A stretch of 62,699 nucleotides of DNA from Thermoplasmata archaeon (GCA_050013595.1 JBEKEY010000003.1:1-62699); one strand, 5' to 3'; positions 19,205 to 28,848 are shown, counted from the stretch's first letter. Notes: generated from the sequence alone by a model not told the origin. Numbers and translations: made by a program.

Positions 19205-19627
19205 TTGCCTCGGCACGATGCCATGCGAGGGCAGCTCGACACGTCGGCCGACCTTTCCCAGCGGACGGCGATGGTCCTGCTGGCACTGTTCATAGTCGCG
19301 GTAATTGCTGCGCTGGCGGTCACCCTGTACTCAGCAGCGGCGCCCGTCGGGCTCCTCGCGACCGCCGCTGTGGCCCCAATCATCGTTCTGACCCTGCTCT
19401 TCCTTTACTTCGAGCGTCGGCGTCGGCCCTGGAGCTTTGCCGGGGCCGCTGCCTTGGGGATCTTGGGAGTAACACTCCGTCTGATCGTCAACACTCAACC
19501 GCAACTGGAAGTTGGAGGCGGGTTGCCTCTCTGGGTGACAGTAACCTACGTCACCCTGGGGACCCTAGTGGTTGTGACAAGCCTCTGGGCGTTTCTCTCC
19601 TTGAGGCGGGCCAATCGCCCGGGCTAG
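19205..19627 (+). CDS. four-TM membrane protein, unknown function
   Basis: Hydrophobic profile only. The start may be an internal Met. Confidence 0.5.
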   Translation: MPRHDAMRGQLDTSADLSQRTAMVLLALFIVAVIAALAVTLYSAAAPVGLLATAAVAPIIVLTLLFLYFERRRRPWSFAGAAALGILGVTLRLIVNTQPQLEVGGGLPLWVTVTYVTLGTLVVVTSLWAFLSLRRANRPG

Positions 19628-19687
19628 TGGGGCCGTCCTCCCTCCTCGGCCTAGCAATCGCTACGAGGTCCCTTTGGTCGAACGGTC

Positions 19688-19975
19688 TCACCGCGACGCG
19701 GTCCAAACCACCGCGCCCAGGCCGGTGGTTTCGCAGAGGCCGATCCCAAAAAGGAACGGGGCGAACGAATCCGGAATGATGGGCATGGAAGCGAGGTAGG
19801 AGTAGACGGTCAGGCCGCTTTGGATCACGAAAGCAGCGGCAAAGACGAGCAAAGCAAGGCCGAAGCCGGTTCGTGTCTGGGCATACAATTTGCGATAGAG
19901 GACGAACAGCATCCCCGCGAGAACGATGCTGACCACACCCAGGATGACACTTGCGTCCATGAGCAAGTTGCTCAT
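19688..19975 (-). CDS. three-TM membrane protein coupled to the ArsR-like gene
   Basis: The ATG at 19975 overlaps the stop of the upstream HTH gene by 4 nt. MSNLLMDASVILGVVSIVLAGMLF... Confidence 0.55.
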   Translation of the reverse strand: MSNLLMDASVILGVVSIVLAGMLFVLYRKLYAQTRTGFGLALLVFAAAFVIQSGLTVYSYLASMPIIPDSFAPFLFGIGLCETTGLGAVVWTASR

Positions 19976-20325
19976 CGAACCACCTCGAGCCTGTGCCGAA
20001 GGGGGTGCGCCCCGCGGGAGCTGGGGACCAAGCCTCGGCGATTCCACAGGACCTCCTGCAGGTCCTGGAAGTGCTCCGCCAAGTAGGGCGACAGCTCGTA
20101 CGGCGCCGCATACGCATCACCGACCGGGCGGGCCACGGCTCCGTTCTGCTCGAGGAGTCGAAGGTGGTGCCGTACCGTCCGATAATCCAGCTCGAGGGAC
20201 GAGGAGAGCTGATGCGCGTTCGCGGGGGACTGGCTTAGTTCCTCGAGAATCCTCAGGCGGTTTGGTCCTCCCCGGGTTCCGCAAAGGAGGTACCACATCA
20301 GGGAGCGGAACCCGGGGCTCATCAT
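19972..20325 (-). CDS. ArsR-family winged-helix regulator
   Basis: RLRILEELSQSPANAHQLSSSLELDYRTVRHHLRLLEQNG. Confidence 0.75.
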   Translation of the reverse strand: MMSPGFRSLMWYLLCGTRGGPNRLRILEELSQSPANAHQLSSSLELDYRTVRHHLRLLEQNGAVARPVGDAYAAPYELSPYLAEHFQDLQEVLWNRRGLVPSSRGAHPLRHRLEVVR

Positions 20326-20397
20326 GCGGGGATGGCGAGAGAGACACTCCTTATCAATCGCACCTCCCCCGCAAATCGATCGACATTCTCACCGACC

Positions 20398-21558
20398 TCA
20401 GAACGCAGCCAGACCTTCGGCCGTGGCCGGCAGTCCGAAGACGTCGTACTGGAGGGTCAAGCTCGCGCCCGACCCGACCCCGAACTCCTGGATCTCCCCT
20501 GCCCCTGCGTCGTAGACGAACAACAGTTGGCCGTGAGCACCACCGACGGCCATGTCGGTATCGGCCGGTCCGGTGGAGGCCGCCACGGCCACGAGGAGTG
20601 TGAGAGCTCCGCCGGGGCCGACAGCGTACGTGGAGATTGTGCTGCCGTGCGCGTTCGATGTAAACGCGAACCGCCCACCATCGACGGTCGCCACCCAGCA
20701 AGGGGCCGCCTGCCCATCCGAAAGGGCAGGGGTCTTCACTGTGAGAGTGCCCGAGGACGATACTATGTACGATGTCAGGGCCCCTGACGCCGCGTCGCTT
20801 ACGATCAGGCTACCATCGCGACCGAACGCGAAGCCGTACGGCGTATAGCCGTTCGAGGCTGTGACCGTCGGAGCCGAGGCATATCCTCGGTAATCAACGG
20901 TGTACGTGTCCAACACGCTCGTGTTCTTCTCGGTGACGACCAGAACCGACCCGGAGGGATCGAACGAGATCTGCGCTGGAGCGGTCGACGCGCTGGTGCT
21001 CAGGGGCCGGCTCGACCCGGGCAGCGGGAAGATGACGCCGTGGTCCGCGCGATAGAACCCGAAGATGTTGCCCGGAACGAGGGAGGTTCCCGCGTTCAGC
21101 ACGTAGACGAAGGGGCCGTGGATTGCGATACTCACCGGGAGCACCCCGTGGGAGCTGACCGCATCGATGAACGTAAGCAGGGGTCCGCCTCCCGAGGGCG
21201 AGTTCACGTGGAAGACTGAAATCGTGTTGCTTCCGGCATTCACCCCTAGGAGATACTGGTGGTCGGCCGTCAATGCGACCGAACCCGAATCGGCGAGGCT
21301 GACTCCAGTCCCCTTCCCGTGGGTGGAGAACTGGCCTGCCGGAATGAGTGAGCCACCCGGCCCAATCACATATCCTACGATCGCGTTGCCGCTCGGGGCG
21401 TTGGTCATCGTAAAGACGGCCCCGTGCGTTCCGATGGTCAGGTCGGCACTGATCTCCGAGCTGGACGTCGTCACCGTTCGGGCAGCGGCCCCGCTCGACA
21501 CGACGAACAACACGGCGGCTACTATAGGCAGGACCCAGAGCAATCTCGTTCTCGGCAT
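20398..21558 (-). CDS. secreted lactonase-like 7-bladed beta-propeller protein
   Basis: Signal/TM peptide at the N-terminus. Repeated ...YVLNAG.., ..VVTEKN.., ..LIVSDA.. blades. Confidence 0.65.
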   Translation of the reverse strand: MPRTRLLWVLPIVAAVLFVVSSGAAARTVTTSSSEISADLTIGTHGAVFTMTNAPSGNAIVGYVIGPGGSLIPAGQFSTHGKGTGVSLADSGSVALTADHQYLLGVNAGSNTISVFHVNSPSGGGPLLTFIDAVSSHGVLPVSIAIHGPFVYVLNAGTSLVPGNIFGFYRADHGVIFPLPGSSRPLSTSASTAPAQISFDPSGSVLVVTEKNTSVLDTYTVDYRGYASAPTVTASNGYTPYGFAFGRDGSLIVSDAASGALTSYIVSSSGTLTVKTPALSDGQAAPCWVATVDGGRFAFTSNAHGSTISTYAVGPGGALTLLVAVAASTGPADTDMAVGGAHGQLLFVYDAGAGEIQEFGVGSGASLTLQYDVFGLPATAEGLAAF

Positions 21559-21701
21559 GGTGCTCGGCCAGGCGGACCCCGAGGCATAAGGGAAGAGCAG
21601 TTTCGTACCCCAACCCGGCCCAAATTCATACCGAGTTCGGCCCTAATCAGTTCGACGAAGCTGTCATCCCTGTGTGACCCTAGTCGGCGGAGGCGGGAGC
21701 G

Positions 21702-22328
21702 TTGACCGCGAATCCACTGATCGAAGGAATCGTGATCTTCGCGGTGGTTGCAGTACTGCAACTTCCCGGCAAATCGAACTTCGGCGTCATTACTCTCTCG
21801 ACGCGCCACCCACATCGGGACGTTTTCATCGGGGCGTCCGTCGGCCTGGGAGCGGCGACCGTGGTCTCGGTCACGATCGGATACGGTGCTGAAACCGTTC
21901 TCGGCCCGTACCTCGTTTGGGTGAAGGTGGTCGGGGGGCTAGTTCTTGTCGCGTTCGGACTTCGAGAGATTCTGAGAGTTCCGGTCCCGGTTCACGAGCC
22001 GGGCGAGGGGACTCCAGCGGTAGCACAGACCACGAGACAAGTTCGGACCGTGGCCCTCGGGCTCGCGTTCCTGCTCGAGATGGGCGACAATACGCAGATC
22101 CTAGCCATCCTGTTCGTCGCCTCGACGGGCAACGTGGTGCTCGTATTCGTCTCGGCGACCGCGGCATTGGTGACGATCACGGCGATCTCCTCCCGCGGGG
22201 CAAGTTACCTTCACGAACACGTTCCGGAGGAGCGCCTCCGAGTGGTCTTGGGCGGACTGCTGATCACGGTGGGGTTGCTAACGATTCTCTTCACAGCCCT
22301 TCCCTCCCTTCTTCCGTTCGCTGGTTGA
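21702..22328 (+). CDS. UPF0016 / GDT1 (TMEM165) family cation transporter
   Basis: Six TM helices. The second E-x-G-D-x-T motif is intact (LEMGDNTQ). The first is degenerate (LQLPGKSN). Confidence 0.7.
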   Translation: MTANPLIEGIVIFAVVAVLQLPGKSNFGVITLSTRHPHRDVFIGASVGLGAATVVSVTIGYGAETVLGPYLVWVKVVGGLVLVAFGLREILRVPVPVHEPGEGTPAVAQTTRQVRTVALGLAFLLEMGDNTQILAILFVASTGNVVLVFVSATAALVTITAISSRGASYLHEHVPEERLRVVLGGLLITVGLLTILFTALPSLLPFAG

Positions 22329-22439
22329 TCGGCGACTCGGAAGAGATCGTCAGCTGACCCAAGATACACCCTGTGCGCGACCCATTGCGTTGGCCTGCCA
22401 TAGTACGGTGGAACGCTCAACTCTCGAATCGAACCGGAC

Positions 22440-23120
22440 TTACGGTAGCACCAGCGCGGTGGTGACCCCCGAGTAGTGGTCGGTTCCGAGGGCGACAACG
22501 TAGTTGCCTTGACTCGGGAACCAACTGCCGGTCGGCGTCCCCGTCCCGATGACGATGAACATCGTCGATGTGATTGGGCTCGAGGTGGAGTACCCGGCCC
22601 CGATCGTGAACGTGCTGGTCATTGCGAGACCGGCGTTCGCGACGAACGAATAATACGCTACCGGAACGATGCCCGTTATGGGCATGACGGCGAATCCAGC
22701 GGCGACAGTGTTCTTGAATACGGAACCGGCCGCGGTCTTGACTTCGAGCAGGACATCACCCAAGGTGACCGTCGACGTCTGGATGCTCAGGTTAAAGATT
22801 CGGTTACCGACGGCACCACAAACATGATTCGTGACCCCGGCTGCCCAGCACGTGCCTGGCGCCGGGGTCCCGACCGCGAAGGCGCTGCCGATGGGCTTCG
22901 ATCCCACGGAGCCCGTCAGGCCCGAGATCATAACATACAGAACGGCCGCCAGCACTACCGTGATCGCGACGAGCAATATCGTCGCAATGATTGGCGACAC
23001 TGCTCGGCGTCGACGCCGAAAGCTTCCCGCTGAGACCCTGCTGCGGCTCCACCCGTTTCCGTTCTGCCTCATGGGATCGATCGAGACGCGGGCACCCCTC
23101 TCTCGAGGCGGTGTCCTCAC
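22440..23120 (-). CDS. archaeal type IV pilin-like protein (class III signal peptide, DUF1628-like)
   Basis: RRRRAVSPIIATILLVAITVVLAAVLYV N-terminus. Confidence 0.65.
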   Translation of the reverse strand: MRTPPRERGARVSIDPMRQNGNGWSRSRVSAGSFRRRRRAVSPIIATILLVAITVVLAAVLYVMISGLTGSVGSKPIGSAFAVGTPAPGTCWAAGVTNHVCGAVGNRIFNLSIQTSTVTLGDVLLEVKTAAGSVFKNTVAAGFAVMPITGIVPVAYYSFVANAGLAMTSTFTIGAGYSTSSPITSTMFIVIGTGTPTGSWFPSQGNYVVALGTDHYSGVTTALVLP

Positions 23121-23223
23121 CGGACGTACTGTTTGGCTGTAGGGGTTATTTACCAGTTATCGTCGCACCCGAAACGGATCTGAACTGGCTGGGAACCGAC
23201 GTATACGCGGAGCACGCGAGGAT

Positions 23224-24094
23224 TCACTTCGCGAGTTGCTCACGGATTGATAGCAACTCCTGCCGGTGCTCCTTTGTCGTCTCGGGGTAGGTCAACTTGA
23301 GCCCTTCCAACGTATCGAGGACGATCTGGGACACGATCAGGCGAGCGTTCTCCTTGTCGTCGGCCGGAACGACATACCAAGCGGCTTCCTTCGTGGAGGT
23401 AGCACTCAGGCATTCCCCGAAGGCCTTCATGTAGCGTTTCCAGAATTTCCGTTCCTCGATATCCGCCGGGCTGACCTTCCGGTTCTTGGACGGATCGTCA
23501 ATGCGCTCGAGAAAGCGCTTCCGCTGCTCCTCCTTCGAGAGGTGGAGATAGAACTTGATGATACGGGTGCCATTCTCGTAGAGGTGTCTCTCCAAGTTCG
23601 CGATCGAACGATATCGTTCCTTCCAGACTGTCGCGCCGTCCGGGTGGGCATCCGGGACCCCTTCGCGGCGCAGGTCTTCCGGATGCACCCGGACGACCAG
23701 CACGTCCTCGTAGTAGGACCGGTTGAAGATGCCGATCTGTCCACGCTCGGGTAGGTCTCGAGAAGTCCGCCAGAGGAAGTCGTGCCGTAACTCGGTGGGT
23801 GTAGGCTGCTTGAAGCTGGACACCTGGCAGCCTTGGGGGCTGACCCCGGACATCACGTGGTTGATGGCGCCGTCTTTACCGGCCGCGTCCATGCCCTGGA
23901 AGATCAACAGGACGGCGTACCGGTCGGAGGCGAAGAGCCGCTCCTGCAGCGAACTCAGTTTCCGAATGTGCCGGTCGAGCAGGTGTTGATACCTGTTCCT
24001 TCGACTTGGTGAAGGGCTCGACGGTGGTCGGCCACTTCCGGAGGTCGACTTGAGCGCCCTCGCTGACACGGAAATCCTTTGAACGGATCTTCAT
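23224..24094 (-). pseudogene. ppk2: polyphosphate kinase 2 interrupted by a 1-nt frameshift
   Basis: The N-terminus [34 protein letters not shown] is in the frame of track ORF 23876..24130. The remainder, YQHLLDR...GMDAAGKDG..., is in the frame of 23224..24069. The frames meet at 23989-23995 (sense CAGGTAT). Confidence 0.7.
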
Positions 24095-24136
24095 TTTCTT
24101 TCCCTCGGTGGTCCGGACAGGCAGGGCCACAGCGGT

Positions 24137-26770
24137 TCATCCGGGGAGATTTTCATTCCGGACCTCCCGCTCCGCTTCCAACCAATCTTGATTCGCTTGG
24201 CCCTCCTTGCGGCCTTCGCGCTCATAGAGCTCGTACGCACGAGTGGCGATCTGGGGTGTCAGATCCGACGATGGCTTGGCCTTGGCGGAGCCGGGCTTGC
24301 CCTTTGGCGGATCGATGAAGCGATACGCGAGCAGCTTTAGGCGGTCTGTCGCGAGGAACCAAGCCATGGCGTAGCCCCAAACGAACAACGCGAGGCCCCA
24401 CCCGATCGGTGCCATGAGCACCCCATAGACGGCCAGCAGTATCGCGAGCGCTTGCGCGCCGAAAACGGCCACCACAAGGATTCGCGCGGGACGTAGGGAC
24501 CAGAACGGTCCGTGCGTGCGGGTCAGGAAGATCGTCATGTGTCCGGCCACGCACAGCATCAGGAACATCAGCGTCTCGAGTTGCAAGTGGTTAAGGACGA
24601 AAATGCGGTCCCCAATGTAGAACAGACCGAACGCAGCCACGGGGCCGACGACGCCCAGCACCGTGGCGATCCGGAGGACTTGGCGCATGTTCCAGCCCTC
24701 GGGCCGGTCGGCGGGCAGTACGTTGTCGTAGGCGATGGACAGCATGGCGGTGTCGTTGAGGAGCGCCAAAACCACGATCATGACCGCGGTCACGGGGAAG
24801 AAATTGAAGATCAGGATTGCCAGCGAGATGAACAACAATACACGCAGCGTCTCCGAGATTCGGTAGATCGCGTAGCTTCTCATCCGCTGGATGATCTTTC
24901 GGCTCTCTTTGATCGCGTCAATGATCACCGATAGGCCGGGTGCCATCAGCACGATGGCCGCCGCAGCGCGCGCCGCGTCGGTAGCGTTCGAAACGGCGAT
25001 GCCGCAGTCGGCCTTCTTGAGTGCCGGCGCGTCGTTCACCCCGTCGCCCGTCATGCCCACGATGTGGCCGCGCTGCTGCAGGATATCGACAATGTGGAAC
25101 TTGTGTTCGGGAAACACCTGGGCGAACCCATCCGCGTTCTCGATGGACGCCGCCAGCTGCGGCGAAGCCGGCTGCTTCATGTCGCCGAAGCCGCTCGCAT
25201 CGAGGATGTTGGTGCCCATTCCCAATTTCCGAGCGGTTTCCCGAGCGATCGCCAGTTGATCTCCGGTGACCATCTTGACCGGCACCCCCATATCTCGCGC
25301 GGTCGCGATGGTCGCCTCGGCGTCGTCCCTCGGCGGGTCGAACAGGGGCAGCACGCCCAGGAACTGCCATGGGCCGTCCGCCTCGGCCCGCGCCACTCCC
25401 AGCGAACGAAAACCGCGGGCCGCGAATTCGTCGACCGCCTTCTTCACAGCGGGCTTCACTTGCCCCGCGTTGGCGGTCAGTTCCAGAATCACCTGGGGCG
25501 CGCCTTTCGTCGACTTGAATTCCTTCCCCTCCGGACCTTTGACGGTGGCCTCGGTGCGCTTGTGCACCGGGTCGAATGGCTGGAAATGAACGACCTGGTA
25601 GCCTTTCAGGGCCTGGTCATTCTTCAAGCCGCCCAGAACGGCCAGGTCGATGGTGTCGTTATTCTCCGCGCGCGACGCCAGCGCGGCCGCGAGGATCACT
25701 TGCTCGGCGGGGACATTGTTCACCGTGAACGGATCGCCGAGCGTCAGCTTGTTTTGGGTCAGGGTGCCGGTCTTGTCCGCGCACAGAACATCCGCACCCG
25801 CCAATTCCTCGGTGGCCGCCAAGTGGGTCACGATCGCCTGCTTCTTGCCCAACATGCGCGCGCCGATCGCCATCGTCACCGACAGCACCGTGGGCATCGC
25901 TACGGGGATCGCGGCGACGGTCAGCACCAGGGCGAACTGCGTTGTAGTAAGAATCGGGTTGCCGCGGAAGATTGAGATGACGGTGACGGCCGAAACCAGA
26001 ACCACCGCGAGGATGATCAGGTAATTGCCGATCTTGAGCACCGCGCGCTGAAAGTGGCTCTTTGTGTGCGCTTCCTGGACCAGTTGCGCGGTCTTGCCGA
26101 AGTACGTCTTTGTACCCGTCGCGTAGACCAGGGCGTCGATCTCTCCCTGACGAATGATCGAGCCGGAAAACACCGCCTCGCCGGGCTTGCGCGTGACAGG
26201 CAACGACTCCCCCGTCAGCGCGGACTGGTCCACCTCCACCGGGTCGCCCGTCAGCAAACGTGCATCGGACGGCACGATGTCGCCGAGACGGACACGGATG
26301 ACATCCCCCGGCACCAGCTCCCGTGCTGCCGGTGTGATCCACTTCTCGTCGCGCTTTACCCGGGTCTTGACCGCCAGCGTGGCCTTCAGGGCCGCAATGA
26401 TGTCGCCCGCCTGGTGTTCTTCCCAGAACCCGACGCTCGCGTTGGCCACCAGAAGTAAGAGGATGATCCCGAAGTCGAGCCAATTCCCGGCGACCGCGGA
26501 TAGGATCACGGCGGCTTCAATCATCCACGGGATGGGACCCCAGAAATAGGCGAGGAATTTCCGGAGCGGATTGACCTTTTCTTCTTCGATCTCGTTGGGC
26601 CCGTATTGGGTCAACCGTCTTGTCGCCTCGGCCTGGCTGAGGCCGGCCGGGGACGACCCCAATCTCTTCTCCACCTCTGCTAGGGGCAGGGATTTCAAGT
26701 CGTCCGGCCCATCGGACCTCGAGCCCGGCTTTGATTCGAGGACCTTGGACGGGCCGGAGTTGAGTGTCAT
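24137..26770 (-). CDS. P-type (type IIIA-like) H+-transporting ATPase with DUF2934-like C-terminal tail
   Basis: DKTGTLT, TGDQ and GDGVNDAPALKKA motifs. N-terminus is plasma-membrane H+-ATPase-like. Tail is ATRAYELYEREGRKEGQANQDWLEAEREV. Confidence 0.9.
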   Translation of the reverse strand: MTLNSGPSKVLESKPGSRSDGPDDLKSLPLAEVEKRLGSSPAGLSQAEATRRLTQYGPNEIEEEKVNPLRKFLAYFWGPIPWMIEAAVILSAVAGNWLDFGIILLLLVANASVGFWEEHQAGDIIAALKATLAVKTRVKRDEKWITPAARELVPGDVIRVRLGDIVPSDARLLTGDPVEVDQSALTGESLPVTRKPGEAVFSGSIIRQGEIDALVYATGTKTYFGKTAQLVQEAHTKSHFQRAVLKIGNYLIILAVVLVSAVTVISIFRGNPILTTTQFALVLTVAAIPVAMPTVLSVTMAIGARMLGKKQAIVTHLAATEELAGADVLCADKTGTLTQNKLTLGDPFTVNNVPAEQVILAAALASRAENNDTIDLAVLGGLKNDQALKGYQVVHFQPFDPVHKRTEATVKGPEGKEFKSTKGAPQVILELTANAGQVKPAVKKAVDEFAARGFRSLGVARAEADGPWQFLGVLPLFDPPRDDAEATIATARDMGVPVKMVTGDQLAIARETARKLGMGTNILDASGFGDMKQPASPQLAASIENADGFAQVFPEHKFHIVDILQQRGHIVGMTGDGVNDAPALKKADCGIAVSNATDAARAAAAIVLMAPGLSVIIDAIKESRKIIQRMRSYAIYRISETLRVLLFISLAILIFNFFPVTAVMIVVLALLNDTAMLSIAYDNVLPADRPEGWNMRQVLRIATVLGVVGPVAAFGLFYIGDRIFVLNHLQLETLMFLMLCVAGHMTIFLTRTHGPFWSLRPARILVVAVFGAQALAILLAVYGVLMAPIGWGLALFVWGYAMAWFLATDRLKLLAYRFIDPPKGKPGSAKAKPSSDLTPQIATRAYELYEREGRKEGQANQDWLEAEREVRNENLPG

Positions 26771-26964
26771 GCTAGGAATCCTTCTCCCGTTTGAAATCAG
26801 GGAGGAGTCGTAGTTTGTGACCTACTCGATGTGACTTTTAGACGCTTTCCACGGGGACCTCATACTTCTGAGGCCGCGCTAAGTTTCGGATGCTCCGTCG
26901 ACAAAAGCGCGTCATGTGCCACCCACGCGGGGGCCCTGGCCACCGCCTCGCCGGGTCGTAATGG

Positions 26965-27014
26965 GGGCGCGGCCGATGACGAGACCGCGAGGAGCGCGTG
27001 CCGGGACGAAATCG
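26965..27014 (+). repeat. GC-clamped hairpin motif, copy D (most divergent)
   Basis: GGGCGCGGCCGATGACGAGACCGCGAGGAGCGCGTGCCGGGACGAAATCG. Confidence 0.65.
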
Positions 27015-27148
27015 AACTCGGAGGAATAATAAATGATTGGACCGTCCACCCCGCCTCTCTCGATGGTTACGAGGGAAAGACCCGTCGCGCGTAAGGGCCA
27101 CGCGCACGACGAGTAGCGGAATTCGCTCCGGAATCAACCTTCTGGAAA

Positions 27149-28561
27149 GTGCCTTACGGTGCGGTGGTCACCCGGGACAGGTCCTGGATGACACTTCTGC
27201 ATCTTGCCAGCCTCCCGCTCGCCCTGCTCCTAGTTGGCCTCGCTTTGCTTCTCGGCTTTGGCGCAGACTATCTTGCGGAGCGGTTTCGGATTCCGGACGC
27301 CCTGTGGTTGATGGCCCTTGGGGTTCTGGTCGGTCCAATCCTCGGCCTCATCACGAGCTCCGAGGTGCTCGTCGTCGCGCCGATCCTGGGGACGGCGGTC
27401 CTCGTCATTATTCTGTTCGATGCCGGCCTGGACATGCGGTCACATCTGATCCGGCCGTTCCTCGGCTCCACAGTCGCCTTCGCGGTCGTGACTTTCGTCC
27501 TCAGCGCGACGATGATGTTCGCGGCCGGGTACTGGCTCCTCTTTCCCGGCCACGCCGACCTTGCGCTGTACTTCGGAGCGGCGTTGGGGGCTACCTCGGG
27601 CGCGATCGCAATCCCAATCGCTACCCGCATGGGGCTGGCCCCGCCCCTCCGCGGCTTCATCCACCTCGAGGCCTCGATCGAAGACACGCTCGCCATCATC
27701 TCCGCGACGTTCATCCTCCTCGTGGTGACGCCGGGAGGCGATCTCTCCCGCCTCGACCTCGTTCTCGCGCTCTCCCTCCCCGTGCCGGTCGGAATCGTCG
27801 TCGGATTCCTCGGCGCGGTCGGTTGGTTGCTCCTCTTCTCCCGATGGCAGGAGCGGCAGTACGCGGCCCTCGCCACGCTCGGGTACGTGCTCGTGGTCTA
27901 CGGCGTCGCCGTCTTGTTCGGGGGGTCCGGCATCTTCGCGGCACTGATCTTGGGAATCGTGATCGCCAACTCCTTCGCGCTCCGACGGTTCCTCCCGTGG
28001 ATCCAACCGTTCGAGATGATCCAGAGCGTGCGCGCAGTGCAGACCGAGGTGGCATTCCTCCTTCGGGCCCTCTTCCTGTTCCTCCTCGGTACACTAGTCG
28101 TGCTGGTGAGCCCGGGTCTCGTGCCGCTTCTTGCCATCGTCGTGTTATCGGTCGCGGTCCTGGGGGTTCGGTACTTCACCGCGGAGGCACTGGCTGCGGT
28201 GCACCGGCTCCCGTCGACCTGGTCCGCCTCCTTGGGCGGTCTCGGTGGCCGAGGGTTGACGACCGCCGTCCTGCTCGTTCTCCCCCTCGGAATCATCCCC
28301 GGTGCGGTCCATTTGTTCCTGCCCGGGGTCATCCTGGTGTTCGGGACCGACATCGCGATGACCGTCTGGCTCGCGATCCTGGGACGGCGGGTACCGACGT
28401 CCGGACCTCAGCCCGGTGCAGAGCTGTATGCGCCGGTAGCGGCCCAGCTCCCGCTCCTCGAGCAACTGGCGATGGAGGATACCGGCCGGTGGGTCCCGTC
28501 GTTCCTGTCGCCCGAGGCCGTGAAACCGGCGCGCGGAAAACCGCCGACCCCTCCGCCGTAA
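27149..28561 (+). CDS. monovalent cation/H+ antiporter (CPA1/NhaP-like)
   Basis: 470 aa, about 12 TM helices, Na_H_exchanger-like pattern (ILFDAGLDM, ATSGAIA). Confidence 0.8.
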   Translation: MPYGAVVTRDRSWMTLLHLASLPLALLLVGLALLLGFGADYLAERFRIPDALWLMALGVLVGPILGLITSSEVLVVAPILGTAVLVIILFDAGLDMRSHLIRPFLGSTVAFAVVTFVLSATMMFAAGYWLLFPGHADLALYFGAALGATSGAIAIPIATRMGLAPPLRGFIHLEASIEDTLAIISATFILLVVTPGGDLSRLDLVLALSLPVPVGIVVGFLGAVGWLLLFSRWQERQYAALATLGYVLVVYGVAVLFGGSGIFAALILGIVIANSFALRRFLPWIQPFEMIQSVRAVQTEVAFLLRALFLFLLGTLVVLVSPGLVPLLAIVVLSVAVLGVRYFTAEALAAVHRLPSTWSASLGGLGGRGLTTAVLLVLPLGIIPGAVHLFLPGVILVFGTDIAMTVWLAILGRRVPTSGPQPGAELYAPVAAQLPLLEQLAMEDTGRWVPSFLSPEAVKPARGKPPTPPP

Positions 28562-28620
28562 TTTGAACCGCCCATGTTTTCGAGTACGTCGCGTCTTCGC
28601 GATGGGATTTTCCACGGGGT

Positions 28621-28735
28621 GGGTGCGGGGAGAGGGATTTGAACCCCTCCGGGGAGATGTAGGAGGGGAACACGGCTGAATGGTTCTAGTCCCACGCACG
28701 GTAGTCAACTAGAGACCGACCCCTGTCCGGACGTG
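28621..28735 (-). other. tRNA-like fragment (T-arm plus acceptor-like 3' end) that does not fold as a complete tRNA
   Basis: The minus-sense sequence ...GGAGGGGTTCAAATCCCTCTCCCCGCACCC has a T-loop and acceptor-like tail. I could not build an anticodon arm or a D-arm by hand. Confidence 0.3.
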
Positions 28736-28796
28736 AGAGTGCATTCGGATCCGGGCAAGGTGACGGCGACCGCGTGCCTCTGCGAACCTTACTTGG

Positions 28797-28848
28797 GACG
28801 CGCGCGACCGATGAGCGGACCGCAATCAGCGCGCGGACCGTGAAATGG
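28797..28848 (+). repeat. GC-clamped hairpin motif, copy C
   Basis: GACGCGCGCGACCGATGAGCGGACCGCAATCAGCGCGCGGACCGTGAAATGG. Confidence 0.8.

Noticed and set aside
19205-19627. 4-TM 140-aa protein as CrcB
   Set aside because: No GGxxGAxxR or TTFSTF-type CrcB signatures are present. The resemblance is in size and topology only.
28621-28735. A second functional tRNA next to tRNA-Leu
   Set aside because: Neither an anticodon arm nor a D-arm can be formed. The T-stem has a mismatch. The only U33-compatible loop would give an A34 anticodon, which is unexpected in archaea. It is kept only as a tRNA-like fragment.
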